Below are positions 21,349 to 31,796 of a stretch of DNA of 64,000 bases, one piece after another. Every line of letters starts with the position of its first letter. Position 1 is the first letter of the stretch. Under the pieces are notes generated by a model, which saw only the letters and a list, made by a program, of their open reading frames with translations, ran no database searches and was not told the origin of the DNA. The position numbers and the translations under genes were made by a program. Origin of the DNA: an uncultured Actinomycetes bacterium (lineage in GTDB: Bacteria; Actinomycetota; UBA4738; HRBIN12); NCBI GenBank assembly GCA_963810945.1, contig CAWEPI010000008.1:6645-70644 (forward strand), read 5' to 3'.

Positions 21349-22971
21349 ATGGATGCGAGGCGCCCACAACTAGCGGACCTCGGGGTGTTCCTGCTGGTCG
21401 TGGCGGCCCCGCTCGTCTTCACCCCCTTCTCCGAGAGCCCGTTCGGGGATCCCAAGCTGGTCCTGGTGGTCGCGGCGGCCCTCGCGCTGTGGGGCGCCGG
21501 GCTCCCGGTCGACCGGCGACTCGCCTGGGCGGGCGCCGCGTGGGCGGGCGCCACCCTCGTGAGCGCGCTCTTCGGCCTCGACCCCTCGCGCGGGCTCACC
21601 GCGCAGACCGGCGGCGAGGGCGGCGGGCTCGTCGTCGTGGTCGTCTGCGCGGTCCTGCTCGTGGCCGGGGCGGGCGCGGACGACGCCCTGCGCGAGCGCG
21701 CGCGCCGGTGGTTCGTGGCGGCCTGCGCCGCGATCGCGGTCTTCGCCGTGCTCGTGCGCCTCGGGCCGGGGACCTTCGGCGCGTTCGGGGGCCTGTCGTT
21801 CGTCGGGGCGACGATGGGGAACCAGATCTTCGGCGGGGCCCTCCTGTCGGCCGGGCTCGCGTGCGCGTTCGGCGCGCGCGACGCGCGGCCCGTGCGTCAG
21901 CTCGCGCTCGTGGCGCTGCTCACCCTCGGCGTGGCCACCTTCGGCGAGCGGAGCGCCCTCCTCCTGCCGGTGGTCGCCGTGGTCGCGTTCCTGGCGAAGG
22001 CGCGCTGGCCGTGGCGGCGCGGCGTCGCGATCGCCGCCACCGTCCTGATCGTGATCGGCATCTGGCAGGTCGTCGCCACCCAGATCCCCACGGGCGGACG
22101 CGGGGCCACCGTGGCGCTCGGCGAGCAGGCCACCGACACCCAGCGGTTCACGATCTGGCGGGTGCTGGGCGGGCGCGCGGTGGCCGTGCATCCCTGGCTC
22201 GGCTGGGGGCCCGCGATGAGCCAGTCCGCCTACCTCGCGAAGGCCACCGAGGCCGAGGTGACGGCCACCACGCGGACGTGGGCCGACGCGCACGACCTGC
22301 TCCTGGAGACGCTCGTGACCACCGGCGTCCTGGGGCTCGCGACGCTCCTCGTGCTGCTGGGGATCGCGGGGCTGCGCGCGCTCCGGTGCCCGCCCGAACG
22401 CGCGTGGACCTTCGCCGCCGCCGCGGTGCTGGGCGTCTTCGCCCTCTTCGAGCCGATCGGCATCGTGCTCACGCCGCTGCTCTTCTTCATGCTGGGCGCG
22501 GCCGGGGGGCCGCCCCGCGACGTCGTGCCCGCGGGCACCCCCGCGCGGGTGGCGCGGGTGGGGGCGGGCGTCGTGCTCGCCGCCGCGCTCACGGTCTCGC
22601 TGCTGATGATGGCGGGCGCCACGTTCGAGCGCTGGGGACGCGCGTACGGCGAGGAGTGGGCCTACCGGGCGGCCCTGCGCGTGCAGCCGTGGCGGGTGAG
22701 CGCCACCGAGCGCCTCGCCCTGCGCCTGGCGGTGGACGGGCGCAGCGGCGACGCGGCGGCGGCCGCCGAGGCGCGCGATCTCGCGAGCTCCGTGGTGGCG
22801 GATCACCCCTGGGACGTCGACGTGCGGGTGTGGGCGGCCGACGTCGAGGCGCTGCTGCGCAACGACGCGGGCAAGCAGGCCTGGATCGCGCGGCAGGTGG
22901 CCCGGTTCCCGGCCGACCGCGCCGGCCTGCAGCAGGCGGCCGCAGAGGGCGGGATCCCGGGCTCGAACTGA
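21349..22971 (+). CDS. O-antigen ligase-like (Wzy_C) membrane protein with soluble helical C-terminus
   Basis: About 12 TM segments; periplasmic R..IW...GWGP; DAHDLLLETLVTTGVLG (ligase H-[ND]-x-x-L-E...G motif). Confidence 0.75.
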   Translation: MDARRPQLADLGVFLLVVAAPLVFTPFSESPFGDPKLVLVVAAALALWGAGLPVDRRLAWAGAAWAGATLVSALFGLDPSRGLTAQTGGEGGGLVVVVVCAVLLVAGAGADDALRERARRWFVAACAAIAVFAVLVRLGPGTFGAFGGLSFVGATMGNQIFGGALLSAGLACAFGARDARPVRQLALVALLTLGVATFGERSALLLPVVAVVAFLAKARWPWRRGVAIAATVLIVIGIWQVVATQIPTGGRGATVALGEQATDTQRFTIWRVLGGRAVAVHPWLGWGPAMSQSAYLAKATEAEVTATTRTWADAHDLLLETLVTTGVLGLATLLVLLGIAGLRALRCPPERAWTFAAAAVLGVFALFEPIGIVLTPLLFFMLGAAGGPPRDVVPAGTPARVARVGAGVVLAAALTVSLLMMAGATFERWGRAYGEEWAYRAALRVQPWRVSATERLALRLAVDGRSGDAAAAAEARDLASSVVADHPWDVDVRVWAADVEALLRNDAGKQAWIARQVARFPADRAGLQQAAAEGGIPGSN

Positions 22972-23100
22972 CGCCGGAACGCCCTTCGGAACCGCCTCGC
23001 GATACCCCCGAGTTTCCCCATCCGCTTCCGTGTATCTGCCCAGGTCGTGACCTATGCTCCGGCAGACATCCCGCGGCGGCCCCGGATCGCGAGAGACGTC

Positions 23101-24840
23101 ATGGCTGAGACCGGAACCGAGTACACGCCTGAGCACAGCTCGGGCGCCCCCCGGCGTGGCTTGTTCCGCCGGCCTGAGAGCCCCACCCAGGACCCGAGCA
23201 TGACCGTGGAGGAGCACCGCGTGGCGGAGGCGCTGCAGCGGACGATCGACGAGCGGATGGAGCTGGGACTCCGTCAGCTCGAGGAGCAGGCGACCGTCCT
23301 CATGCGCGAGATCGCCTCCGAGATGTGGCGCGCGGGCGGGACCGACGCCCGCCCCGAGCAGGAGCGCATCGTCTCGCTGCTCAGCCGCGACCAGGCGCTG
23401 AAGAGCCTGATCGCCTCCAGCGACGAGCGCTTCCAGTCCCTCGCCGTGCGTTCGGCGCGTCTGGAGGACCACCTCAACGAGCTGGCGGGCAGCGCCCGCG
23501 CCACGCGGGAGGCGATGGAGGCCTCGGCCGCCGCGATCCGCGACGTCGCGGACTCCCCCACCCTGCACGGGGTGGACACCGTGCGCACGCAGCTCGAGCA
23601 GGTCGAGGCGCACATCGCGGAGACCTTCCAGCACCTGGATGAGCGCGACCGCATGCTCTCGGACACCATCCTGGGCCAGGTCAAGGACCACGGGGACCTG
23701 ATCAGCCGCGAGACCGCGCGGATCGTCGAGTCGATGCAGGGCTACGTCCAGGGCGGCACCGAGGCGATGGGCTACCTCGCGCAGCGCGTCGAGGCGCACG
23801 CCGAGGCCTTCGCGGTCCAGGACATCCAGATCTCCGAGGACGTGCGCGCGGCCGTGGCCGCCGAGGCCGCCCCGCTGCAGGAGCGCCTCGAGATGATCGA
23901 CGAGCACGTCGGGCTGCACGGGCGTGCCGCCGACGACGTCCGCGTGCGGGTCGAGCACCTGATCGAGGCGCGGATGCGCGGTCTCGCCGAGCTGATCCGC
24001 TCCGACTCGATGGCGCTGCGCCGCCTGATCGAGGAGCGCGGCGCCGGCGGCGCGGTGGTGGCGGGCGAGATCGACGCCGAGGCCGTGGGCGAGGTCGTGG
24101 GCCAGCAGGTGGCCATGCGCCTCACCTCCGGCGAGCTCCGCCTGGAGGACCAGCTCGAGAAGATGATGGACGCCCAGCTCGTGCGGATCGGCGAGCAGCT
24201 CGAGGCGCGCCTGAACGACCACCTCGAGGCCCGCTTCGCGGGGATGGCCGAGATCGTGGCGCAGCGCGCGGCCGAGGCCGCCGACGTCGCGATCGCGTCG
24301 AGCTTCGGCTCGAGCCTCGAGCGCATGAACGTGAACGTGGGCGCGATGGAGGGGATCGACTCGATGATCGCGGAGACGCAGGCCGCCGCCGAGGACCGGC
24401 TGATGGGCCACATCGACGACCGGATGACGGCGATCGCGCGGTTGATCCGCTCCGACAACCAGGCCCTCGCGGATCGCCTCGCCGCGCAGCCGGTGGTCGT
24501 GCCCGAGCCGGCCGATGCCGCCCCGAGCCTGGACCCGGAGCTCCTGCGCGAGATGCTCCGCACGATGAAGGAGCTGCAGGCCGGCCTGCCCGCGGAGATG
24601 GTCACCTCCATCGACGGTCGCTTCCGCGCCGTCTCGGACCAGCTGCACGTCGAGACCCAGTCCACCGCCGAGGCCATGATCAAGGTCGCCGAGGTGCTCG
24701 GGCAGAAGATCGACCGGCTGAGCGTCCGGGTGGACGAGGGGTACGGGAACGAGCTGCAGGTGGTCGTGGACCGCATGAGCGAGGCCATCCGCGCGATGTC
24801 GATGACCGGGCGCTCCGGGCGGTACGAGCAAGCGGGCTGA
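23101..24840 (+). CDS. Long acidic coiled-coil protein of unknown function
   Basis: About 580 aa, almost entirely A/E/R/L/Q/D helical sequence; internal repeat R(M)xxxAxLIRSD. Confidence 0.8.
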   Translation: MAETGTEYTPEHSSGAPRRGLFRRPESPTQDPSMTVEEHRVAEALQRTIDERMELGLRQLEEQATVLMREIASEMWRAGGTDARPEQERIVSLLSRDQALKSLIASSDERFQSLAVRSARLEDHLNELAGSARATREAMEASAAAIRDVADSPTLHGVDTVRTQLEQVEAHIAETFQHLDERDRMLSDTILGQVKDHGDLISRETARIVESMQGYVQGGTEAMGYLAQRVEAHAEAFAVQDIQISEDVRAAVAAEAAPLQERLEMIDEHVGLHGRAADDVRVRVEHLIEARMRGLAELIRSDSMALRRLIEERGAGGAVVAGEIDAEAVGEVVGQQVAMRLTSGELRLEDQLEKMMDAQLVRIGEQLEARLNDHLEARFAGMAEIVAQRAAEAADVAIASSFGSSLERMNVNVGAMEGIDSMIAETQAAAEDRLMGHIDDRMTAIARLIRSDNQALADRLAAQPVVVPEPADAAPSLDPELLREMLRTMKELQAGLPAEMVTSIDGRFRAVSDQLHVETQSTAEAMIKVAEVLGQKIDRLSVRVDEGYGNELQVVVDRMSEAIRAMSMTGRSGRYEQAG

Positions 24841-25012
24841 CCTTCCCCGAACGCCGATGGTATCTAACTGACGATGCAGCGCTGCATCCGGTGGGCCCGC
24901 TTCTCGGGGGATGCTCGACCCTGCCTCGCGCCATCCCTCTCCGATACGGTGCCCCCACGCTCACATGCGGCAGCCGACGGACTCATCGCGCCGTGAGATC
25001 GGAGGATCTCGG

Positions 25013-26614
25013 GTGAGAGAGGGAACGACCCAAACCGACGCCGAGGGAGCCGCCGCGTTCGATCGGCGGCTCGCCCTCCTCCTCGCGATGGCGATGTTCG
25101 TGCTCGTGTTCGACACGTCGCTGATGAACGTGTCGATCTCGTCCGTGGTTCATGACCTCGAGACCACGGTCAGCAGCGTGCAAGCGGCGATCGCGCTCGA
25201 GGCGCTCGTTTCGGCGGCCTTCATCCTGATCGGCAGTAAGGTCGGCGACCTGATCGGCCGGAAGCGCGCGTACGTCATCGGTCTCCTGGGGTACGCCGTG
25301 GGCGCGCTGGCGATGACGCTCGCCCAGAGCGTCACGGCGATCGTCGTGTTCTGGGCCGTGGTCGGTGGGCTCGGCGCATCGCTCATGATGCCGGCGATGC
25401 AGTCGCTGATCCACGGCAACTTCGAGGGTGCCGCGCAGAAGCGCGTCTATGCGCTGGTTGGGGCCTCGGCAGCGGTCGCGGCAGCGATCGGACCGCTGCT
25501 CGGTGGATTCATCACCACGTTCCTCTCGTGGCGCGTCGGTTTCCTGCTCGAGCTCTTGATCATCGCGATCGTGCTGCTCGGTTCCGGGCGCATCAAGGAC
25601 GTGCCGTACACAGGGTCGCGCCAGGTCGACACGATCGGTGCGATCCTCTCGGTGCTCGGCATGGGCGGCCTCGTCGTCGGCATCTTGGCATGGCAGGAAG
25701 GTGGGGACGCCGTCGCCGAGCTCCTGATCGTGGGAGTGGTGGGCTTGGGATCGCTCGCCTGGTGGCTCCTGCGTCGCAAGCGCGAGGAGAAGCCGACGCT
25801 GATCGATCCCGATCTGTTCCGATCGAAGATGTTCCGGTTCGGGATCTCGGGACAGCTGCTCCAGAACGTCGCTCTGGGAGCCGCGATGATCGCCCTGCCG
25901 ATCTTCCTGCAGATGGTGCTCGAGTACAACGCGCTGCAGACGGGCCTGTCGCTCGCTCCACTCTCGCTCACGATGTTCGGGGTGGCGGTGCTCGCCGGGA
26001 AGAAGGCGGGGACGCGGCGTCCGAGCCGGATCATCCGCTCGGGGTTCGCGCTCCTGGCGATCGGCATGCTGCTGCTGATCGTGGTCGTGCCGCGCGCGGA
26101 CTCCGGTTGGTACCTCTTCCTCCCGCTCCTGATCGCGGGGGCAGGGCTCGGGCTGCTCGTGTCTCAGCTCAACAACTACACCTTGTCGCCGATCTCGGAT
26201 GAGCGGGTCAGCGAGGCCGCGGGCGTGAACTCGGCCAGCGGGTCGTTCGGACTCTCGTTCGGCCTGGCCTTCGCCGGAGCCATCATGCTGGCGACGCTCT
26301 CGATCACCTTCACGGACATGGCCAAGTCGAGCGCGGTGCTCTCCCCCACCGAGCAGCAGCAGGTCTCGACCGGACTCGAAGACAACGCGGAGGTGATGAG
26401 CAACACGCAGCTCGCCGAGCTCCTCGTCGGCCAGCCCGCAGACGTCCAGGCCGAGATCATCCGCATCAATACGGATGCTCGCCCGTTCGCGCTTCAGGTA
26501 GCGCTGCTCGTGCCGCTCATCGCCGCACTCCTCGGGTTGGTGACCTCATTCCGGATGATGCGACTGCCGGATCCGAAGCAATCCGGCGCGGCCGAAGGCA
26601 TGGCTCTCGGCTAA
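25013..26614 (+). CDS. MFS transporter, DHA2 (14-TM) drug:H+ antiporter-like
   Basis: DTSLMNVSI, GSKVGDLIGRKR (motif A), GPLLGG, 14 hydrophobic segments; GTG with GGAGG RBS. Confidence 0.9.
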   Translation: MREGTTQTDAEGAAAFDRRLALLLAMAMFVLVFDTSLMNVSISSVVHDLETTVSSVQAAIALEALVSAAFILIGSKVGDLIGRKRAYVIGLLGYAVGALAMTLAQSVTAIVVFWAVVGGLGASLMMPAMQSLIHGNFEGAAQKRVYALVGASAAVAAAIGPLLGGFITTFLSWRVGFLLELLIIAIVLLGSGRIKDVPYTGSRQVDTIGAILSVLGMGGLVVGILAWQEGGDAVAELLIVGVVGLGSLAWWLLRRKREEKPTLIDPDLFRSKMFRFGISGQLLQNVALGAAMIALPIFLQMVLEYNALQTGLSLAPLSLTMFGVAVLAGKKAGTRRPSRIIRSGFALLAIGMLLLIVVVPRADSGWYLFLPLLIAGAGLGLLVSQLNNYTLSPISDERVSEAAGVNSASGSFGLSFGLAFAGAIMLATLSITFTDMAKSSAVLSPTEQQQVSTGLEDNAEVMSNTQLAELLVGQPADVQAEIIRINTDARPFALQVALLVPLIAALLGLVTSFRMMRLPDPKQSGAAEGMALG

Positions 26615-26734
26615 CGTCGCCTCGACCCTGGTGGTGTCCCCCGGGTGGGTTACCGACCTTAGTCTTATTGACCTAGGTGGCGTAGCTCAGGGAGGCTAGT
26701 CCGGCTTCCCCGACCCGAGGAGATCTTCCCCCGC

Positions 26735-27976
26735 ATGCTCCGTAGAACGTCCCTGGCGGCGGCGCTGCTCACCCTTCCCCTGAGCGCACTCGCTCTGCCT
26801 GCAGCGCTCGCCGCCGGGGTCTCCGTCTGCAGCTACGACGCCACCTCCCACGACCTCACGATCCAGGGCCCGGTCGGCCCGGGACACGTGGCGGTGGCCA
26901 ACCTGAAGCGCACCGCGTCCGGCGGCTTCGTCCTGAACGGCGTCGCCTGCCCCGCGGCCGCCTCGGTCACCACCGTGGGGCGCGTCGTGGTCGCGGGCAC
27001 GACGGCCGTGCGCCTGGCGCTGGACGAGGGCGACGGCGCGTTCGCGCCGGGCCTCGGCGCGGAGGCGGGCGGCGCCGCGGAGATCGAGGTCGCGTTCGCC
27101 CCCGGCGTCGGCCCGGTCGAGCTCGACGTGCGCGGCACCCACGACGACGACCTGATGGTCGCGGGCGCCGCCGGCCTCGACATGAACGGCGACGGCGACG
27201 TCGACGTGAACGGCGGCGCGGACCTCACCGTCCTCACGCTGGAGGGACGCAGCGGCGACGACGCGCTCAGCACCCTGGGCGGCGGCGGGACCGGCGGCGC
27301 GTTCGCGGGCGACGCCACGTTGGACGGAGGCGCGGGCGACGACACGCTCCAGCAGGCGAACCTCGACGGGACGGGCCACGCGGCCCGGCTCGTCGGCGGC
27401 CCCGGCGCGGACCTGATCGATGGGTCCGGCGGACGCAGCAGCGTCCTCGACTACTCCGCGGCCACGGCGGCCATCAGGCTGGACCTGCGCGCGGGCAGGG
27501 CGGCCGGCGAGGGCGACGATCGGATCCACGGGATCGTCTCCGTGACCGGCTCGCGCTTCGGCGACCGGCTCGTGGCCGGCGCGGGCGCCGCGTACCTCTC
27601 CGGCGGCGGGGGCAACGACCTCCTCTCGGTGGGCGCGGGCGGCGGCCGTTTCGACGGCGGCCCCGGGATCGACGTCGTGAGCTTCGGACAGGCGCACCGT
27701 GGCGTGCGCGTCTCGCTCGCGACGATGCGCGCGCGGCGTGGACCGGCGATCGCCGGGTTCGAGGCGGTGATCGGCTCGCGGCAGCGCGACGTGCTGATCG
27801 GCGACGGGCGGCGCAACGTGCTGGACGGCGGCGGAGGCGACGACGCCCTCTACGGGGGGCGCGGCGCGGATCAGCTCAGCGGCGGGCCGGGCTCCGACCG
27901 GCTGGACGGGGGCACCGGGAGGGACCGCTGCCGGCAGGGACCCGGCCGGGGCGCGATGCGGAGCTGCGAGGGCTGA
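26735..27976 (+). CDS. Secreted calcium-binding protein with hemolysin-type (RTX) nonapeptide repeats
   Basis: Signal peptide ...ALPAALA; repeats GRSGDDAL, GGAGDDTL, GGPGADLI, GGGGNDLL, GGGGDDAL, GGRGADQL, GGPGSDRL. Confidence 0.85.
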   Translation: MLRRTSLAAALLTLPLSALALPAALAAGVSVCSYDATSHDLTIQGPVGPGHVAVANLKRTASGGFVLNGVACPAAASVTTVGRVVVAGTTAVRLALDEGDGAFAPGLGAEAGGAAEIEVAFAPGVGPVELDVRGTHDDDLMVAGAAGLDMNGDGDVDVNGGADLTVLTLEGRSGDDALSTLGGGGTGGAFAGDATLDGGAGDDTLQQANLDGTGHAARLVGGPGADLIDGSGGRSSVLDYSAATAAIRLDLRAGRAAGEGDDRIHGIVSVTGSRFGDRLVAGAGAAYLSGGGGNDLLSVGAGGGRFDGGPGIDVVSFGQAHRGVRVSLATMRARRGPAIAGFEAVIGSRQRDVLIGDGRRNVLDGGGGDDALYGGRGADQLSGGPGSDRLDGGTGRDRCRQGPGRGAMRSCEG

Positions 27977-27989
27977 CGCGGAACGAGCC

Positions 27990-28418
27990 TCACGCGAGGC
28001 GGACGACGGCCTCGCCGCGCTTCACCGGATACTCGGTGGTGCCGTCGGCGCGATCCACGCTCACGTGCATCTCGACGGTGGCGGTGCGCGCGTCCGCGTC
28101 CATCAACCGGACCCGTCCGGTCGCCACGACCTCCTCGTCCATGAACACGGGGGCGCGGAACTGCGCGGAGATCTTCACGATCGCCTCCGGATCGCCCGCC
28201 CAATCCGCCACGCACGCCGCGGCGAGGCCCATCGTGAACATCCCGTGCGCGATGATGCCGTCGAAGCCGACGCCGCGGGCGAAGTCGTCGTCCTGGTGCA
28301 GCGGGTTCTGATCGCGTCCCGCGTCGGCGTAGGCCTTCACCACCTCGCGCGTCACGACGCGCCGGAGCTCGGGCAGCTCCTCGCCCACGGCCACGTCGTC
28401 GAAGGCCCGCACGCTCAC
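27990..28418 (-). CDS. MaoC-family dehydratase (HadB-like)
   Basis: YADAGRDQNPLH...GIIAHGMFTMG hydratase-2 motif; position matches hadAB between rpmG and tRNA-Trp in actinobacteria. Confidence 0.88.
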   Translation of the reverse strand: MSVRAFDDVAVGEELPELRRVVTREVVKAYADAGRDQNPLHQDDDFARGVGFDGIIAHGMFTMGLAAACVADWAGDPEAIVKISAQFRAPVFMDEEVVATGRVRLMDADARTATVEMHVSVDRADGTTEYPVKRGEAVVRLA

Positions 28419-28798
28419 GGGGTCCGTTCCACCATCGTCGAGCGAGCGGTGGACACGAGGTTCCCCTCGTCGTCGACCATGTCGGTGACGAGCGTGAGGA
28501 ACCCGGTGGGCCCCTTCACCTTGATCGACTCGATGCGGATCGTGGCCACCAGGGTCTCGCCCACACGCATCGGCCGCGCGTGGACGAACTCCTGCGACCC
28601 GTGCACGACGTGGGCGAAGTCGAGCGCCAGCTCGGGGTCGTCGAGCACCTGCACGAACGCCTCGTACTCCACCGTGGTGGCGAAGGTCGGCGGGGTGCCG
28701 CCGTGCTGGTCGAAGACCGCCTGGAAGGCCGCGAGGCGGTCCGCGCTGACCTCCGAGCGCACCGGGGGGTAGGACTTCCCTTCGGCGGCAACGTTCAC
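28415..28798 (-). CDS. MaoC-like N-terminal hot-dog protein (HadA-like)
   Basis: PPTF...VVHGSQEFVHARPMRVGETL; ATGA/GTGA-style coupling to the HadB-like gene. Confidence 0.85.
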   Translation of the reverse strand: MNVAAEGKSYPPVRSEVSADRLAAFQAVFDQHGGTPPTFATTVEYEAFVQVLDDPELALDFAHVVHGSQEFVHARPMRVGETLVATIRIESIKVKGPTGFLTLVTDMVDDEGNLVSTARSTMVERTP

Positions 28799-28887
28799 GC
28801 CGGGGACGCTACTCGCGGGCATCCGCATCGACAACTTGCGCCGAGGTGCGTGAAAGGGTCCGTCATTCGCCCTAGGATGCGCCTCGT

Positions 28888-29625
28888 ATGCCGAGGCAGC
28901 GGGGGGGCCAGCCGATCACCGTCGTGATCGCCGACGATCATCGATCGTTCGGGGAGGCGCTGGAGGTCGCGCTCGATCAGGAGGACGACCTCCGCGTGAT
29001 CGAGGTCGTCACCGACGGCACCCAGGCGATCGAGACCACCATGGAGGAGCACCCCGACGTCGTGCTCCTCGACATGCAGATGCCGGGCGTGAACGGGATC
29101 GAGGCGGCGCGCAGGATCCACGAGAGCAACACCGGCACCGCGGTGATCATCCTCTCGGGCCAGGACGACGACGTGGCGCTCGCGCGCGCGATCCAGGCCG
29201 GCGCGCGCGGCTACCTCCCCAAGACCGAGGCGGTGATCGGGCTCGCGGACGCGATCCGGCGTGCGCACCGGGGGGAGCCGCTGCACTCGAGCGCCGAGGT
29301 GGACGAGGCCCTGCGCAAGCTGCGGCGCCGCCGGGCCGTGGACGGCGACCTCTCCCAGCGGGTGGAGCGCCTCACCCCGCGCGAGCTCCAGATCCTGCAG
29401 CGCATGGCCGACGGCGACCCGCCCGAGCGGATCGCCGAGGAGCTGGGGATGAGCCGTCACACGCTGCGCACCCACACGCAGAACGTGCTCACCAAGCTGG
29501 GCGTGCACTCCAAGCTCGAGGCGATCGTCGCCGCGATCCGCTACGGGAAGGTGCACACGACGAAGGTCACCTCGAACGGTGACCTGGACGTGGATCTGGA
29601 AGGCGACGAGACGATCGAGATCTGA
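28888..29625 (+). CDS. NarL/LuxR-family response regulator
   Basis: VVIADDH, VVLLDMQMPGVNG, GYLPK; LTPRELQIL...TLRTHTQNVLTKLGVHS. Confidence 0.93.
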   Translation: MPRQRGGQPITVVIADDHRSFGEALEVALDQEDDLRVIEVVTDGTQAIETTMEEHPDVVLLDMQMPGVNGIEAARRIHESNTGTAVIILSGQDDDVALARAIQAGARGYLPKTEAVIGLADAIRRAHRGEPLHSSAEVDEALRKLRRRRAVDGDLSQRVERLTPRELQILQRMADGDPPERIAEELGMSRHTLRTHTQNVLTKLGVHSKLEAIVAAIRYGKVHTTKVTSNGDLDVDLEGDETIEI

Positions 29626-29790
29626 TCAGCGCGTCTCGCGATGCGTGGTGTGCTTGCGGCACCAGCGGCAGTACTTCTTCAGCTCGATGCGGTCGCGGTC
29701 GTTCACCTTGTTCTTGACCGTGTTGTAGTTGCGCCGCTTGCAGTCGGTGCACGCGAGCGTGATCTTCGGGCGGTTGTCGGCCTTGGCCAT
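29626..29790 (-). CDS. rpmG: 50S ribosomal protein L33 (zinc-binding form)
   Basis: Manual translation, not in the ORF track: [54 protein letters not shown]. Confidence 0.97.
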   Translation of the reverse strand: MAKADNRPKITLACTDCKRRNYNTVKNKVNDRDRIELKKYCRWCRKHTTHRETR

Positions 29791-29800
29791 CTCGGGTTCC

Positions 29801-30985
<1,185 letters not shown>

Positions 30986-31024
30986 GACGTGCGTCCTTCC
31001 CGATCCTGCGTTCCGACGGTCTGC

Positions 31025-31099
31025 TGGTAGCGGCGGGTGGACTCGAACCACCGACACAGCGATTATGAGCCGCTTGCTCTGCCCCTGAGCTACGCCGCC
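31025..31099 (-). tRNA. trnM: tRNA-Met (CAU), elongator type
   Basis: GGCGGCGTAGCTCAGGGGCAGAGCAAGCGGCTCATAATCGCTGTGTCGGTGGTTCGAGTCCACCCGCCGCTACCA; TACACT -10 at 31116-31121. Confidence 0.92.
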
Positions 31100-31159
31100 G
31101 CGTTCAGGGAGCCCCAGTGTAACGAGGCGGAACGCCCGGTGGCAGCACGTTCGACCTGC

Positions 31160-31729
31160 TTAGGGCTGGCGCGCCACGCGGTAGCGGAGGTAGACGACCC
31201 TCGAGCTGAAGGTGCGGGTCTCGACGAGTTCGAGATCCACCCGGCGCTCGCGCCGGGGGAAGAACGGGATGCCACCGCCAACCAGGACCGGGTGGACCAT
31301 GGCCCGGTACTCGTCGATCAGACCCGACGCGGCCACCTCGGCGGCGAGGGTCGCGCCGCCGATCGCGATGTCGCCCTCTCCCGGCTCGGCTCGCAACCGC
31401 TCGATCTCCTCCGCCGGGCCGCCGGAGGCCAGACGCGCATGGCCCTGCACCGCCGACAGCGTGGTGGAGAACACCACCTTCGGGAGCGGCTTCCAGAGCG
31501 CGGCCCACTCGAGCTCCGCGTCGCCGAGCGACGGATCCTGGTCGGCGGTCTCCCAGTACAGCATCGTCTCGTACAGCCGTCGTCCCAACAGGTGCACGCC
31601 GACCCCTCGTATCTCGTCGATCCAGAAGCGGAAGACCTCCTCGTCGGGCACCGTCCAGTCGAAGTGGCCGTCCGGCCCGACGATGTATCCGTCAAGTGAG
31701 ACGCCCATCGAATAGGTCACGCTGCGCAT
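31160..31729 (-). CDS. Dihydrofolate reductase / RibD C-terminal family protein
   Basis: YSMGVSLDGYIVGP, LLGRRLYE, PKVVFS, GDIAIGGATLA, GLIDEY...PVLVGGG. Confidence 0.9.
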   Translation of the reverse strand: MRSVTYSMGVSLDGYIVGPDGHFDWTVPDEEVFRFWIDEIRGVGVHLLGRRLYETMLYWETADQDPSLGDAELEWAALWKPLPKVVFSTTLSAVQGHARLASGGPAEEIERLRAEPGEGDIAIGGATLAAEVAASGLIDEYRAMVHPVLVGGGIPFFPRRERRVDLELVETRTFSSRVVYLRYRVARQP

Positions 31730-31796
31730 CAGCAGTCCTCCTCGGTGACGGGTTCGACGGTACGACCGCCGGAGGCCGCAGGACACCTCGCGACCA

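Noticed and set aside
31025-31099. tRNA(CAU) as tRNA-Ile2 (lysidine)
   Set aside because: The anticodon arm resembles Ile2, but the acceptor stem GGCGGCG/CGCCGCU-A lacks the C4:G69 pair typical of Ile2, matches elongator Met, and the position matches metT synteny
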